Below are positions 1-13,700 of a DNA stretch of 64,000 bases, piece after piece. Origin of the DNA: Azolla caroliniana (taxonomy: Eukaryota; Plantae; Polypodiophyta); the NCBI GenBank assembly GCA_043228905.1, contig JBHGNT010000002.1, positions 22,816,001 to 22,880,000 of the forward strand, given 5' to 3'. The notes below the pieces were generated by a model that did no database searches, was not told the DNA's origin, and saw nothing but the letters and a program-made list of their open reading frames with translations. The translations under genes and the position numbers were made by a program. Positions within the stretch are counted from its first letter, which is position 1. The number at the start of each line of letters is the position of its first letter.

Positions 1-1307
1 TTTACGAAGCACTTGATGTATTTTACACATATTCTATGTATTTAACATATTTTATCTGTAGAATATGTACTCTAAGGCTAAAGAGAGAGGCTGATAGTAG
101 GGATTCTCACCAATGTGGCTAGCCACAACCTACTCAGGTCCGCACTTTTCCTAATATTGATATATTAACATCTTTGAGAAAATAAAAAATGGCCTATGAG
201 AGTGAACAAGATATTAGATCTTAAAATTTTGAGCCCCCTATTTTAGAAAGCAAAAATGAAAATTATTGAAGGTACCATCCAGTCAGCATTAGAGTAACTA
301 TCGCTTCAGAATGTACAGGTTGAATCGAAAAGGGCTGATACAATCCCACAGGTGTCTCTCAGTATACTTTGCTTCAAGAGGGTTTGGAGTATTGCACCAT
401 CATATGCCACTAGGTGATCAAAGACCTTCAAGATTCTACAATTTTAGAAGCACAGATCAGCCATATTGAAAGAAAGGGCACTCCAACCCATTGGAGCATC
501 GTAGAGCTGTCGACATTAACTTCCCCCATAAACCACAGGCCCCAGACACCATGTTAATTCAAATAGAGTACATGGGAGGCAATGGAACTATCTAATGGGA
601 TCACTCTGGTAGAAGATGCCCAAGACAACAAGGAGAAGAATGAGAAACCCACTCCTAAAACAGAATTGACATCATTGTGAAGCATTGGAGGCTTGAGTCA
701 TCGAGATTCTTCATGCACAATAATACAATAAGATGAGGCATCTCATGGGGCATTGCAATCTTGCTTGTCTTGTATTAATTTTATTTAGGGCTTATTAAAT
801 TTCATTTCTCAAATAAGTAAAAGCAAAGACATTAATATACTTATTCTTCTTCTGACCATTGAAGCATTATTTCTTACAAAAAACAGGCTTGCATATTATC
901 TAGTGTTGGCTAATTCTGATGGAAATATAAAGCATAGTATATGCAACAGCCATGGCCAAGAACCTCAGCTGATCATTGAGCACCATGCAAATTAAACCAA
1001 TGACCCTTTCATCATCTCATGTGAGAAAATCTCATTTGGCATTATCTATCCTTAAATCAATAGTGTATGATGTACAACATTCATATGCACATGTACCTTC
1101 TCTAACAAGTCCTGTAAGCACTGCACAACACGTTTGCTTACAGAAACCAGGCAAGCATCCTGTATCTGCTCAATCTGATTCAATCCCTGACGATGAAGAC
1201 TCGAAGAAGAAACCTCAGTTAATAATACTTTTGCCTGAAATCAAATAAGAAAGACATCAGGCTTTATAGAAAATCTATGAGTACAGAAACAAAATAGCAA
1301 TATAAAC

Positions 1308-3476
1308 CTTCTGGAGAAGTTGCTTTGACATGTTGCTCACTTTTGCTGAAGCAGCAGCAACATCAATACACAGTAATGCCTACAATGAAAACATTGATTT
1401 TTCACAATTGTATAGTTGATTCTAAACATTGACTTTTCACAATTGTACAGTTGATTCTAAACATTGACAACATTTAGTATCTAGCACATAAACCATAAAA
1501 AGATAAAATAACATACATTTGCAAGAGGGGTGAGTGGAGCTCGCAATCCTGCAAGCTTCAGGGCTTCCTCTGGACTTGAAGATCCTTCAGCCACCTGTGT
1601 AACAACGTCATTCACCTGTTGTGGAAAAATATAAATCTAATTTAATTTCCCATTTTCATTTTCATTACTAAGGAATGTGCAATGAGATCATCAACACCAA
1701 AGTGCAGCTGTGTATCACCAAAATGATCTTCACTCCATTAAAAGTTATTCTTACCGATGCTCTTGCTACTGCTCCATCTACCCATGCAGCAAGCTGCAAT
1801 GCAGCTTCATCTTCTGGAGGCAAGGAAAATCGATGAACGGCTTCCTCACCAAGGTCATATTCAGCCCTTTGGACGCACCTGCATAAATAGTAATACAACC
1901 GCAGCTATGCTACTTAACAAAAGTTAACAATTGGGTGCATCAACAAGAACATAATTTAAGACCCTCATGACACTTGAAACATGTTCCACATCTTTGAAAT
2001 GTCATTCTAAAATTTCCCTTAGGAGAACAGACATTATACAGAGAAAGTACAGTTCCTAATGAAAGTACAGTCCCTAAAATTTTCCTATGTTGTTTTTAAT
2101 GAAAGTACAGTCCTGTCTTACATTGAATTTTCTCATGCAGCTACCACAAATCTAGAATTTGGGTCTACTCAATAATCTCTTATTTCCTAAAATTAAGATA
2201 ACAAATTTCAAATTTTTATTGCAGCTCCTAATCTAATGTTTTCGATCTCCAATAATCTTCCCTTCAAATGTCCTGGGAAAAATAACTTCAGTGAATTTCT
2301 CCATTTTGGAACACCCCCATGGTGGAGATTTTTCAAAAACGGGATTTTTAGTCTAACTTCAGAAACTTAAGTACGCAGATAGCTATATTCTTTAGAATAT
2401 ACCCTGTCCTTAGTTATTTTTAATTTGGTTTGTTGTTCTTAAAGAAAGAAAAAAACATTTTAGATGCAATCTTTTGTTTGTCCTATATGCCATTTTGGCC
2501 TTCTTAAAAGACATTAATGCATTTTTTGGAATAACTTTAAACCCACAATAATTTTTCCATTTTAGATGCAAAAAAAAGATACAAAGGGCAGATAAAGATT
2601 TGCTAGATTCTAGCTGCTTGCAATAGAGCAGAGATAATTGGCTAATATTCTAACTCTAGGTGCATGCAGAGTTGCCTGGATGTTCTTTGCCATTTCTATT
2701 TGCATATATTCATAAGAAAATCCATCCATTACGTCCTTTTCTAATAAATATCTAAATTAATATCTGACCTTCTTTCACATCAGCTGCCTACAGAATGCCT
2801 ATTGATCAAAAAACAGATCTAAACCAACTGTCCATTAATCCATACATTCTTTCCCATTATATCATCAAAGAACAGTGTGACTATAACCAAAAGCTCAGAT
2901 TTCCCTCCCCAGACTTCAAGGTTAAAAGAACTGAAATCACTCCTCTACAGAAAACTTAGAATAGATCTCTATAGACATTGAAACTACTGAAGAGAAGTGT
3001 ATGATCGTAATCCACAGTAAATTTCCATAAAAAAATTCTTACATATTTAACAGAGTAGAAGGAGCAGCACGTAAAACTGTCAGAGCCTCTTTCCATTGCC
3101 ATTGGCACTGTGAAACTGGAGTTAGACGTTGCAATACTGCTAGCCTCCATTCCCATTCTTCAATAAAATGTTGTATATTAGATAGTTTCAGTTCCCAAGC
3201 TTTAAATGCAGAATGGTTTGTAAACCCTCGAGGAAATGCAGAATTCATATTCTGATCTTCAAGCTCAATGCCATGTGAGGGTAGGCACTCTCTCAGAACT
3301 TCAAGTAAACGACGAACAAACAGAACTGGAGTTACTTTCTGCCCATTCTCTGGGTATGATGCCTCAGTTGTCATCTCCAAAAGGGAATTAAGCTTCATCT
3401 CCAATGCATTTGGGAGAGATTGAATTGATGTCTCCTCAATATGAAGAAGATCAATAACAATGCTCATTAAAAAAAT
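1308..3476 (-). CDS. ZFYVE26: Spastizin-like gene, exons 8-11
   Basis: Exons 3043-3476, 1755-1878, 1517-1615 and 1308-1379; frame is continuous through ...ALLCIDVAAASAKVSNMSKQLLQK. Confidence 0.8.
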
Positions 3477-4762
3477 CTGTCCAAATTAGTACAAAAAAAC
3501 TCAGCCAAGGCAATCAAATAAAGACTGCCAAATAGTTAAAAAGAAAGAAAACAAATTCTGCACAAAGAAGTATAATGCCACGTTATCAAAGCATCTATTT
3601 TACCAAAAAGTGCAAAATGGTCGCATATTTACAATATTGCAATACAAATTGAAGTTCTAAAAAAATTCTTTTTCTAGTTCAAGTAACAATACCCATACTT
3701 CTATATGTCTAAATTATCTGTGCGGATAACAAGATTCTTTAGTCTCTTTTATCTTATTTACTTTTATGTTTCCTTATTAACATTTATTTTATTTTGATTT
3801 CTTGTTCTCAAAGACCAGACAACACTTAAGATGTAATCTCTTGTTTGGTCTTATAGTCCATTTTGGCCTCTTAAAAGACGATATATCTTATTTGATCTTG
3901 GACTGCCTAGAAGGCTTACAAAATCATCTAGATGCTCTTCGTGCATTTTGTGAAGACAAAAAACCTTTGATGCACCTTGTTAAGACCAGAATTAGAATTA
4001 TGATATTTAACACAATTCAGGCATAGATGAATAGGCTGGATCATCAATTTCAATTTAGTGGGCAGCCAATTGAATACACAGGCATATGTATTAGGGAGCA
4101 ACATTTACATGAACTCGCTACACAGCCAGACTCTCTAGAATCTATGCCGATTTTGGGACACTTGAGGGACAACGTGCTTATGGATTCTAAGAACCATGCA
4201 CTAAACTACATTCAATACATTGGTCCCACCCATCCTCTTGTCCAGAAAGAAAGAAAGAAAGATATATTAACAAGAGATTGCAGAGCAGGGGTAACAGTAC
4301 CAGGTTTCCACCATGCTGAAAATTTGGAGAAACATCAAAAGGCCATTAGTTACAGTGATTGCTCACATGATAAGGATTGGTACCAGATAAGTAAGATAGA
4401 CAAGAGTGGGAAGCAGCCCCCTCAATCATCAGTGGCATTTTTTTAAGCCGTCACTCATATATATCAAATCTGAAATTTACCTAAGCATCACCATTTTAGT
4501 GTTGGTATTCACAACTCAGAGGAGTGATAAACCTATAAACGTTTCTCTTTCGAAGACAAAAGCTACAATATACCTAACTTGAGAATCTCACATGTGCCAA
4601 AACCAGATTCCCTCGTCTCTTTTCTTTTCATCTTATTTACTTTTATATTTACTGTGTAATATTTACTTTATTTTGATTTGTTCTCAAAGACAAGAAAACA
4701 CTTAAGATGTAATCTCTTATTTGGTCTTATAGGCCATTTTGGCCTCTTAAAAGACGTTAATA

Positions 4763-4793
<31 letters not shown>

Positions 4794-7700
4794 GTCATGG
4801 ATGCCAATGACACCAAAATGGACCACAAAATGGATGCCAATGAAAATTTGGAGAAACATCAAAAGGCCATTGGTTACAGTGATTGCTCACATGATAAGGA
4901 TTGGTACCAGATAAGTAAGATAGACAAGAGTGGGGAGCAGCCCCCTCAATAATCAGTGGCGTTTTTTTAAGCCGTCACTCGTATATACCAAATCTGAAAT
5001 TTACCTAAGCATCACCATTTTAGTGTTGGTATTCACGACTAGAGGAGTCATAAACCTATAAACGTTTCTCTTTGTCATGGATGCCAATGACACCAACATG
5101 GACCACAAATCCAATATGCGATCTTCAAAATATTAAAGCTACTAACATGATCACGCACCATTGGACACACTCTCTTCATCCCATCAATATTCCGTACTGG
5201 ATCAGACCATGATGGATATTTTCAGAGGGCAGCAAATTAGGTTCCAATCATCAGGCACCAAACCTGATTGTTGGTTATTCATGATCCATAACGACATTTC
5301 AAGCCATTTTGTTTATGGAAACTAGCATAGAAAGTTATTTTCCTTTGTTTTCTCGATTTGTTTTTTCCTTTTATTGACAATTTAGCAATTCGTAATCTTT
5401 GTTAGTCTCATATGCCATTAGGGTCTTTAAGAAACATTAATATATCTTTCTTTCTTGATTTTTCATAAGAAGGTTTTTATTGAAAAATCCAAGGAAGTCT
5501 CAGAAACCATTACGTCCCTGGAAGATGATTTACATGGGTATTCACCAATGTAAACATAAAATATTCATAAATCATAATAGCTAGTAAACTATTTCTCAGC
5601 ATGATGAGTAATCTGCTTAATAGATCCAGCAGGAAGCTGGTCAGATGGGGGCAAGAGGGATTGGAGACTACAGGTTTCTTTTGTATACTTTTTTTTGCCA
5701 AAAAAGAATAGATGAAAATCTTGAGAATACATGATCCTCAACTTCTAATTTCAAAACGGGGTGTTGAGAAGAAATAAAGATATCTTACCATCTCTTAAGA
5801 TGTCAAAATCGCCTACAAGAACAACAAGTGATAAAATCTTAAAAGGTTGTCTTGTCCTTCAGAAAAATAAACCAAAATAAACGTAACTAAGCGAAGTAAA
5901 TAGAAATAGACTAGACGTGACAAAAGATTTTTCTCATCTATATATGGAAGATTTTCAAATCAGATATATTGTAATTTATGTCTTTGAAGATCTCTAATAT
6001 AGATCGATACAAAATGGAGATGTCCCTGACGCGAGAGAAGCACCTGCAATGGTAGGAGATAATGGCCTTTATCTGTTGATAACAAGAGTGATGAGGTCGT
6101 GGTCCACAAGGCTGCGGTCGAGGCCTACATGCATTATAAATTGCTAGTGCCTGACCCATTCTAACCCCTTTACATTATCCTCGTTGGGAGCCCATTTGTG
6201 TAGCTCTTGATTGACTTGTAGCATGAGTAGGCGCGATGGGGCTAATGGAAGTTGTGATTGTTCTTTGTTGATGATCTTATGTGGCTATATTGTTGTCCTT
6301 CAATAGCTTCTCCATGTGCCTTTTGAGTTCTAGCAACCGTTGGTTCCCATATTCCATTACCTTGCATAGTGAGCCAAAACCCTTGCTTAAAGAGGCAATG
6401 GTATTTCTCTCTTATTTCATAAAAAACAGTACAATGACAAACATAATCATCTTCAAGTTCCACTCCCTAACAACACAATTGACAAATTCTTTCTTCTAGA
6501 GGTGTTCGTGCATATCTACCTAACTCAATCTCTTAACTCATGTGAAGAAGTTAGCAGCAGCCTTCACAGTATGGAAAGCATGGGATAGATGTGTGTCCAT
6601 GTAAGAAGTTCTGATGATGAGTCCATCCTCCGTGTGTAAAAACATGTGGGGTGATGGTGTTAAACAAAGATTGTGATTTTTTTTCTTGACATAAGGTTGA
6701 TATGAAACAATGAAAGGAAGAGAGATATTAACGTATCTCAAGAGGCCAAATGGGTTTTCAGCCCAAGCACAAAATTACATCTGAAAATGTCTTCTCATCT
6801 TGGAGAACAACAAACCAAAGTAATATATATAAATAACTTAGCAGAATTGCTCAAGATGCAAGAATTTTTGTTAGCTTAGTGAGATATACAACATGGGCCA
6901 TTCCAAGATAGAGAGGTCTCCAAAGCAAGGAAAACACCTTCTGCGTTGGATTCTAATGGCGTTGATTTGCTGATAATAAGGGTAATGTCTTATGTGCATG
7001 ATAGATTGCTATACCCATTTGAATATTGTGGTTGAGACTCCTTTGTGTAACACTTGATTAACTTGTAGCATGGAAAGAAGGGGTGATGGTACTAAAGAAG
7101 TCATGATGGTGTCTGGATCAGGAGGCTAAGCACTTTTATCAATAGGAAAAATCAAGGACCCTAGAACGAGAACCTTGTGGAATAAAGATTATAGCAATAA
7201 GGTGTGAAATTCTAGAATTTAAATTAAATCATTAAGAACAGGACAATTCTAGAGTTTAAATAGTTAAATAATTCTAGAGTTAGGTAAACCTCCCTGGAGA
7301 AAGCCAGCCTCAAGGTTGTGTGATACATCAATATGAATTTCTAGCGTTCTGAAGTATTGATTAAATATCGGCCAGGATCTAATAGCAAGTTGGGTGATGC
7401 ATGTTGTGTTGAAACGACCTCGGTACAAGTGGGGTGATGGAAGTTGTGATGAAAAGACCCCAACCAAGTTGGTTGAACCTACTTGGATGAAATTGTCTAA
7501 TGTGCCAAATATTCACATTAGATAAGCATTGATATTACGGACTTAGACTTTGGCCTTCAAAAGATCTCCATCATGGGTCATCCATGATGAAGGTGTTTCT
7601 AAAGCAAGTAAAACAACTTCCATGTCAGGTGAATAATGGCCTTGATTTGTCAATAACAAGGATGGCAGGGCCATCATCCAGACGGGCATGGCCTACCTGC

Positions 7701-10700
7701 ACGACGAATTGCTGGTCTTTCAAATGCATGGTCGAGATCTGAATTGTGTAGTTCTTGATTGACTTGTAGAATTGAAAGCGTAAATGAAATGAAACACTAT
7801 TAACTTCTCAAAAAGGAAAAATGACCTATGAGACCAGAAGTTACATCCATGTGAATCTTGCTCCCCTGCAGCTGATGGATGCTGATCTGTTGCTGCATTC
7901 TCAAGAAACTGAAGTAGGACTTCACATAAGCTATTTTAAAGACATTTTAACAAAATATTTATTACTGCAATCTCACAATAAGATTTATCTGCAAATATCA
8001 AATATTAGATGTTAAATTATTCTATACAAGACTTGGATTCAGAAGAAATGTCACCATAGATAACTAAAAATAACAATAAGGAAGATTTTTCACATAAATG
8101 TCCATATTAGAAAGTACTTAAAATACCAAAAATAAACTCACTTTTCGCGGGACATTGGAGATGGAATTGATATGATCACGTAAACTTTCCAGCAAATTCA
8201 AAGCAATGAAGTCCATCTTCATATTATCATTTTCAATCGTGCTTCTATCCATTGCTGCCAAAGCAAGTACTGTAGACTGAACTCCAAAATGTAGCTCTAG
8301 TATCTCAAGGTCCTGCATTCTGCGTCATTTCATGTTCACGTCTTCAATAAATGATTCAATCTTAGTTGGCTTACACTATTTCAAATTTATGTTTACCAAC
8401 AGAGCAGTAGATTAAGTACAAACAGGCATGACCCCTCAAGATTCAGCCTCAATTTTGAGCAATATGGTAGTAATAGCTCAACTAAGGTATTTTACTCAAC
8501 TACGTTCCTCAATTTTGAGCAATATGGTAGTAATAGCTCAACTAAGGTATTTTACTCAACTACGTTGATTTGTATAATTATTCAGTATCAACAGTGCAGT
8601 AGATTAAGTACAAACAGGGCATAACTCTTCAAGATTCAGCCTCAATTTCAAATTTATGTTTACCAACAGAGTAGTAGATTAAGTACAAACAGGGCGTAAC
8701 TCCTCAGGATTAGCCTCAATTTTGAGCAATATGGTCATAATAGATCAACTAAGGTTTTTTACCCCTCTACATTTATTTGTATAATTATTGCGTACGAAAG
8801 GAGACCATGAAATGAGTGGTTCACATACACAGAAATATGCATTTATTAAACATATTATTCTTGTTTTACAAGATGAGAATTTAAGTTACATTAGCATTCC
8901 AATTAAGAAATGAAAAGTTACATCAAAGAAAACCAAACCCTACAGTTTTCAATGATTTTTCCCAGGTCTACAGAACACATTTTTACTATTACTCTTTTTT
9001 GTTCTTATAAGCCATTTTGGCCTCTTAAAAGATGTTAATATATCTTTCTTTCTTTCTTCCTTCCTTCCTTCATTTCTTTCTTTCTTTCTAGCTGACCTAG
9101 TTCTTACATCTCATAGATTGTTGAAGGCAGGATCATTGGTAATCTGTTTTCGGGTTCCTTGGTAGAATTTGGCTGTTCTCATAATATACATTTATATCTT
9201 TTGCACAAAACAGTGATTATAGTAAGTATACTAAGTCCATCTGTTTTTGGGTTCCTTGGATAAAATTTGGTAGTTCTCATAATATATAATTATATTTTTT
9301 GCACAAAACAGCAATTATATTAACTACCCTAAGTCCATGGCTAGGGCACTCTCTACATTGGAACCCACATCAAGACCCTTTGACCCCCCACTTCTTTTCG
9401 AGAGGCTTGGGTGGAAATAAAATTAGGCTTAGTGTATAGTCACTTTCGAGTATACTACATATTGTACACTACTAGAACTCTTTTAGTTTAAGTTCAATTT
9501 TTTACTTAATTTTATTTTAGTTATGATGACTGGATAAATACTCTTTTGTTGTAAACCAATTGTCTCATGGGCCAAATTTGGCCTTAGAAGACGTTAATAT
9601 ATCTTTCTTTCTTTCTTCTTTCTAAATCTTTCCAATGATTTGCCTTGTTAAGACTCGGTCCCCATGTCTCTACTCCATAGAGAAGAGTTGGTGTGACAAG
9701 GTAAGCACCTGGCAGGTAACTCATAAGCAAGGTAAGCACCTGGTAGGTAATAATGACTTTTATTTGTTGATGACAAAGGTGACAGGGCCATGGTCTTGAT
9801 GGTCTTAAACCTACATGAATACACATTGCTATTGCCTGATCTATTATAACCCCTTTCGAAAGTCCTAGTCAAAATGGCCTATGGGACTGAATAAGAGATT
9901 AAATTTTTTAAATGGTGTATCACCTTGAAGAACAAGAAGCCAAAATCAAATAGAACTACAATAGTAGAACTGACTAAGCTACCAGACAATCTCGTAACTT
10001 AGAACGAAACATTCCACGCTAAGATGGGTGAAACTTCTGCCTTGGAAAGACTTCCAAGATGGACAGAGGTCTCCAAAGTGAGGGAAGCACATTCAATTTC
10101 AGGTGATGTAGTCTTGATTTGTCAATAATAAAGGTGACAGGACTCTGACCAATATGCACAACCAATTACCTATCTGAATCTCTAACTGATATGAGAAGGT
10201 CTGAAGTCAAAGACATAGACAACACTTTCCCAATATGTCAAGCAAGTGGGCTGACTTTTCCCAGTTGATTCACATTTTAGAGAATGAATAGACTCACACC
10301 AAACAGTGGCCAAGTAATATGTTGTAGATTGGTGAAGAAGAAGTCACAATGTACAATGAGTAGCAACCAGTAAACATCAGCTCAGACTATCAATTTTTAT
10401 TCTAAACCACTCCTACAGGATGCCAACAATTCATTTTTCCTTCTCTTTGATGATCAAAGAAAAATATGTACTTGAAGTATAAATTTTTCTAAATTCCATC
10501 TGATTGGACAATTTTTTCCATGCTTTAACACTCAGATATGTAGCTGAAATGAAATCATACCTCATGCATTCTGCAAGTGATGTCGGAACAGGACACATTT
10601 TCAAAAGCGCTCTTGCATGACTGAATTTAATATCAGGTACAACATCAAAAAGCACCTGCAAATACAAACATACTCATGAGCTACATAGTAAACTGAATAT

Positions 10701-13700
10701 AGATCTTCCTTCAGGAACATAATTTTCACAGAAAATGTAATTAAGTTCCTACTTTAGTGCACATATGCTCTTAAGAGATGGCCTGACAAATGCAAAAGTT
10801 TATCTAGTGATATGACAATAGTACTGGGACACTTCAATGTGAGCAGAATACCCAAGAAAAAGGATATGGACAGAAACAATCAAAGAAAAATATATACATA
10901 TGATTTTCAAGTTTCAGCATAATGTTTGTCATTTGGCATGTAATGAATACTGGATGTATCAGTTGGCCACAGGCAGGCCTTCAAAGGATGTAATATTTCT
11001 CCTCAAGAGAAGAGATTGACAGGTCAACCAGCAATAAGGATTTTGATATGCTGTGGGGAACCAATGAAGCAGGTCTGATATAATGAACCAGCTTATAGGT
11101 GGTAAGACTGGGCTAATTTCCTTTCTTTTATTCCTTTTCTCATGTAATAGCCTTTAGAAGTTGGGACCAAACTGTTAGGTATTTTGTCCCTCCTATTGGG
11201 AGAAGTCGGTCAACCGGATCAACTAACAAGTCGACTGAACTGAAGGACTTTGAGAGTCGACCAGCCGGACCAACCAAGAGGTCGAAGTTGAGGCCGACTA
11301 GTTGGATCAATTGAATAGTCGACAATAGGAGTCGGCTAGTTGGATCGATTAGACTGTCGACTTGTGGGTTGGACAGTCGGGTCGACAAGTCGGCCGATTA
11401 ATTATTATTATTATTATTTTATAATAATATATTATTCACATATATATATGGAGCTAGGGCAAGGTTGTTGATTTAATGGGTGTACAATATTCTTGAGTAA
11501 CTGAAGAGATACTAAAGGAAGAAGAAAGAAAGAAAGAAAGATATATTAACGTCTTTTAAGAGGCCAAAATGGCATATAAGACCAAACAAGAGATTACATC
11601 TTAAGTGTTGTCTCATCTTTGAGAACAACAAATCAACAAATCAAAATAAAATAAATATTACTCCGTAAATATAAAAGTAAATAAGATAAAAAGAGGCAAG
11701 GGAAACTGGTTTTCGGCACATTTGAGATTCTCAAGTTAGATGTATTGTAACTTTTGCCTTCAAAAGATCTCTAGCATAGGTCCATCCAGAATGGAAAGGT
11801 CTACGAAGCGAGGGAAGTGCCTGCGATGGCGGGAGATAATGGCTTTTATTTGTCGATCACAAGGGTGTTGAGGTCGTGGTCCATGGGGCCAGGGCCTACG
11901 TACACGACAAATTGCTGGGGCCAGGGCCTACTTGCCAAAACCCTACGAAGGGATTTCTGTAATCTGAGTCTTTCTCCTTGAAAGCTTGAAAAAGCTTTGT
12001 AATCTCCCTTTGTACTTCTGCATCATAGTGAAATCTGTTGCCCTATGGTTTTCCCTGTTTTAGGGTTTCCACCTAAATCTTGTGCACCGTGTACTTTAAG
12101 TTTCTGTTTTGTTTGTGTCTCTAACTATTTTTCTTGTTTATATCTGGTCGTAAATCCCAACACAAACTTACATTGACCTATTCATTTTTTGGGCTCTTAA
12201 AAAACAATAATATATTGAAGGCAGCACGAGGATTAGGGTTAGGTCAAAAAACTTAGAGGGAGAGAGTCTGAGTGAGAGACAAAGGGAGAGAGAGAGATGC
12301 ACGCTATCTTGGGTACAAAGAGTGTACCTCTTTTTCGGTTTTTAGATATTATGTAAATACAAGTCAAAAGTGTGCTACCCTTTATTCCCAACAACCTCCC
12401 ACCTAAAGGCAATGTGTCGTGAGAAGAAGAAAAATAAAAGTCAGCTAAGTCCAAGTATGTACAAAGCTGAACCACATACATCTATCCAACTCCCATCATC
12501 TGTCGGCAATGAGCAAATCGCTCAGCTGGAAGACCCTTCGTGAGAAGATCTGCAGGATTATTATTTGTATGTACTTTGACAAGCTCAATGTTCTTGCTGT
12601 CAAGTACATCTCTGATGAAGTGATACTTCACCTCTATGTGCTTCGTCTTTGCATGAAAGACGGGATTCCGAGCTACCATGATAGCACTCTGGCTGTCACA
12701 ATGAAGAATAGGTAACTCTGTAATGGCAAGATCCCTCACTAGATATGAAAGCAGCTCCTCCAGTGAAAGTAAACACATACCCAGAAGTAGACTTCCTGCA
12801 GTCTGCGTGACCAACATAGTCCGCATCCGTAAAACCAACGACAGATGCCTTTTGCTTTCCAAAGCAAATACACAAGTCCTTTGTGCCTTTGAGATATCTC
12901 ATAATACCTTTCACCGCTTCCCAATGCTTTTTGCCGGGATTTGCCATATACCTGCTAACCACTCCCACTGCAAAGGCAATATCAGGGCATGTAGCAACCA
13001 TCGCATATATCAAACTGCCAACGGCTGAAGCATATGGAACCTTAGCCATTTCAGCCTTCTCATCATCAGATGTAGGGCTGTCTTCTGCACTAAGTGTCAA
13101 ATATGGAGGCAATGGAACCCCAATTGTTTTCCCCCCCTCCATATTGAAACGCTGCAAAACCTTAGAGATATACTCCTGCTGAGATAGAAAGAGTACCCCT
13201 TTCGACCGGTTTTGGAGCATTCGCATGCCAAGGATATGATTTGCATCACCAAGATCCTTCGTATCAAAGCTGCCATGAAGGCTTCGCTTCAATGAATCCA
13301 ACGCATGAATATCCTTGCCAGCAATCAACATATCATCAACAGACAAAACCAAGATAATCAGGCTGCCATCTCCTGCCTTCTTGGTGTACAAGTAGTGGTC
13401 CACTTGACTTCTACGAAAACCTTGAGACTGCATAAATGCATCAAATTATGATACCATTCTCTTGGTGCTTGTTTAAACCCTCTTCATGCAGATCGCCATG
13501 TAAAAAGGCAGTCTTCACATCCATCTGTATGAGCTCCATATCTTCAGCTGCAACTAAGCCCAAAATGATTCTTAATGTAGTCATCTTGACTACAGGCGAG
13601 AAGATCTCATCAAAATCAACTCCATATTCCTGCTTGTATCCTTTTGCAACTAATCTTGCTTTGTACCTTGGCGAGGAATCAGAAATGACCTTCATTTTAT

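Noticed and set aside
4027-4446. 139-aa plus-strand ORF
   Set aside because: Antisense within an intron and composed of a LINE tail plus duplicated intron sequence.
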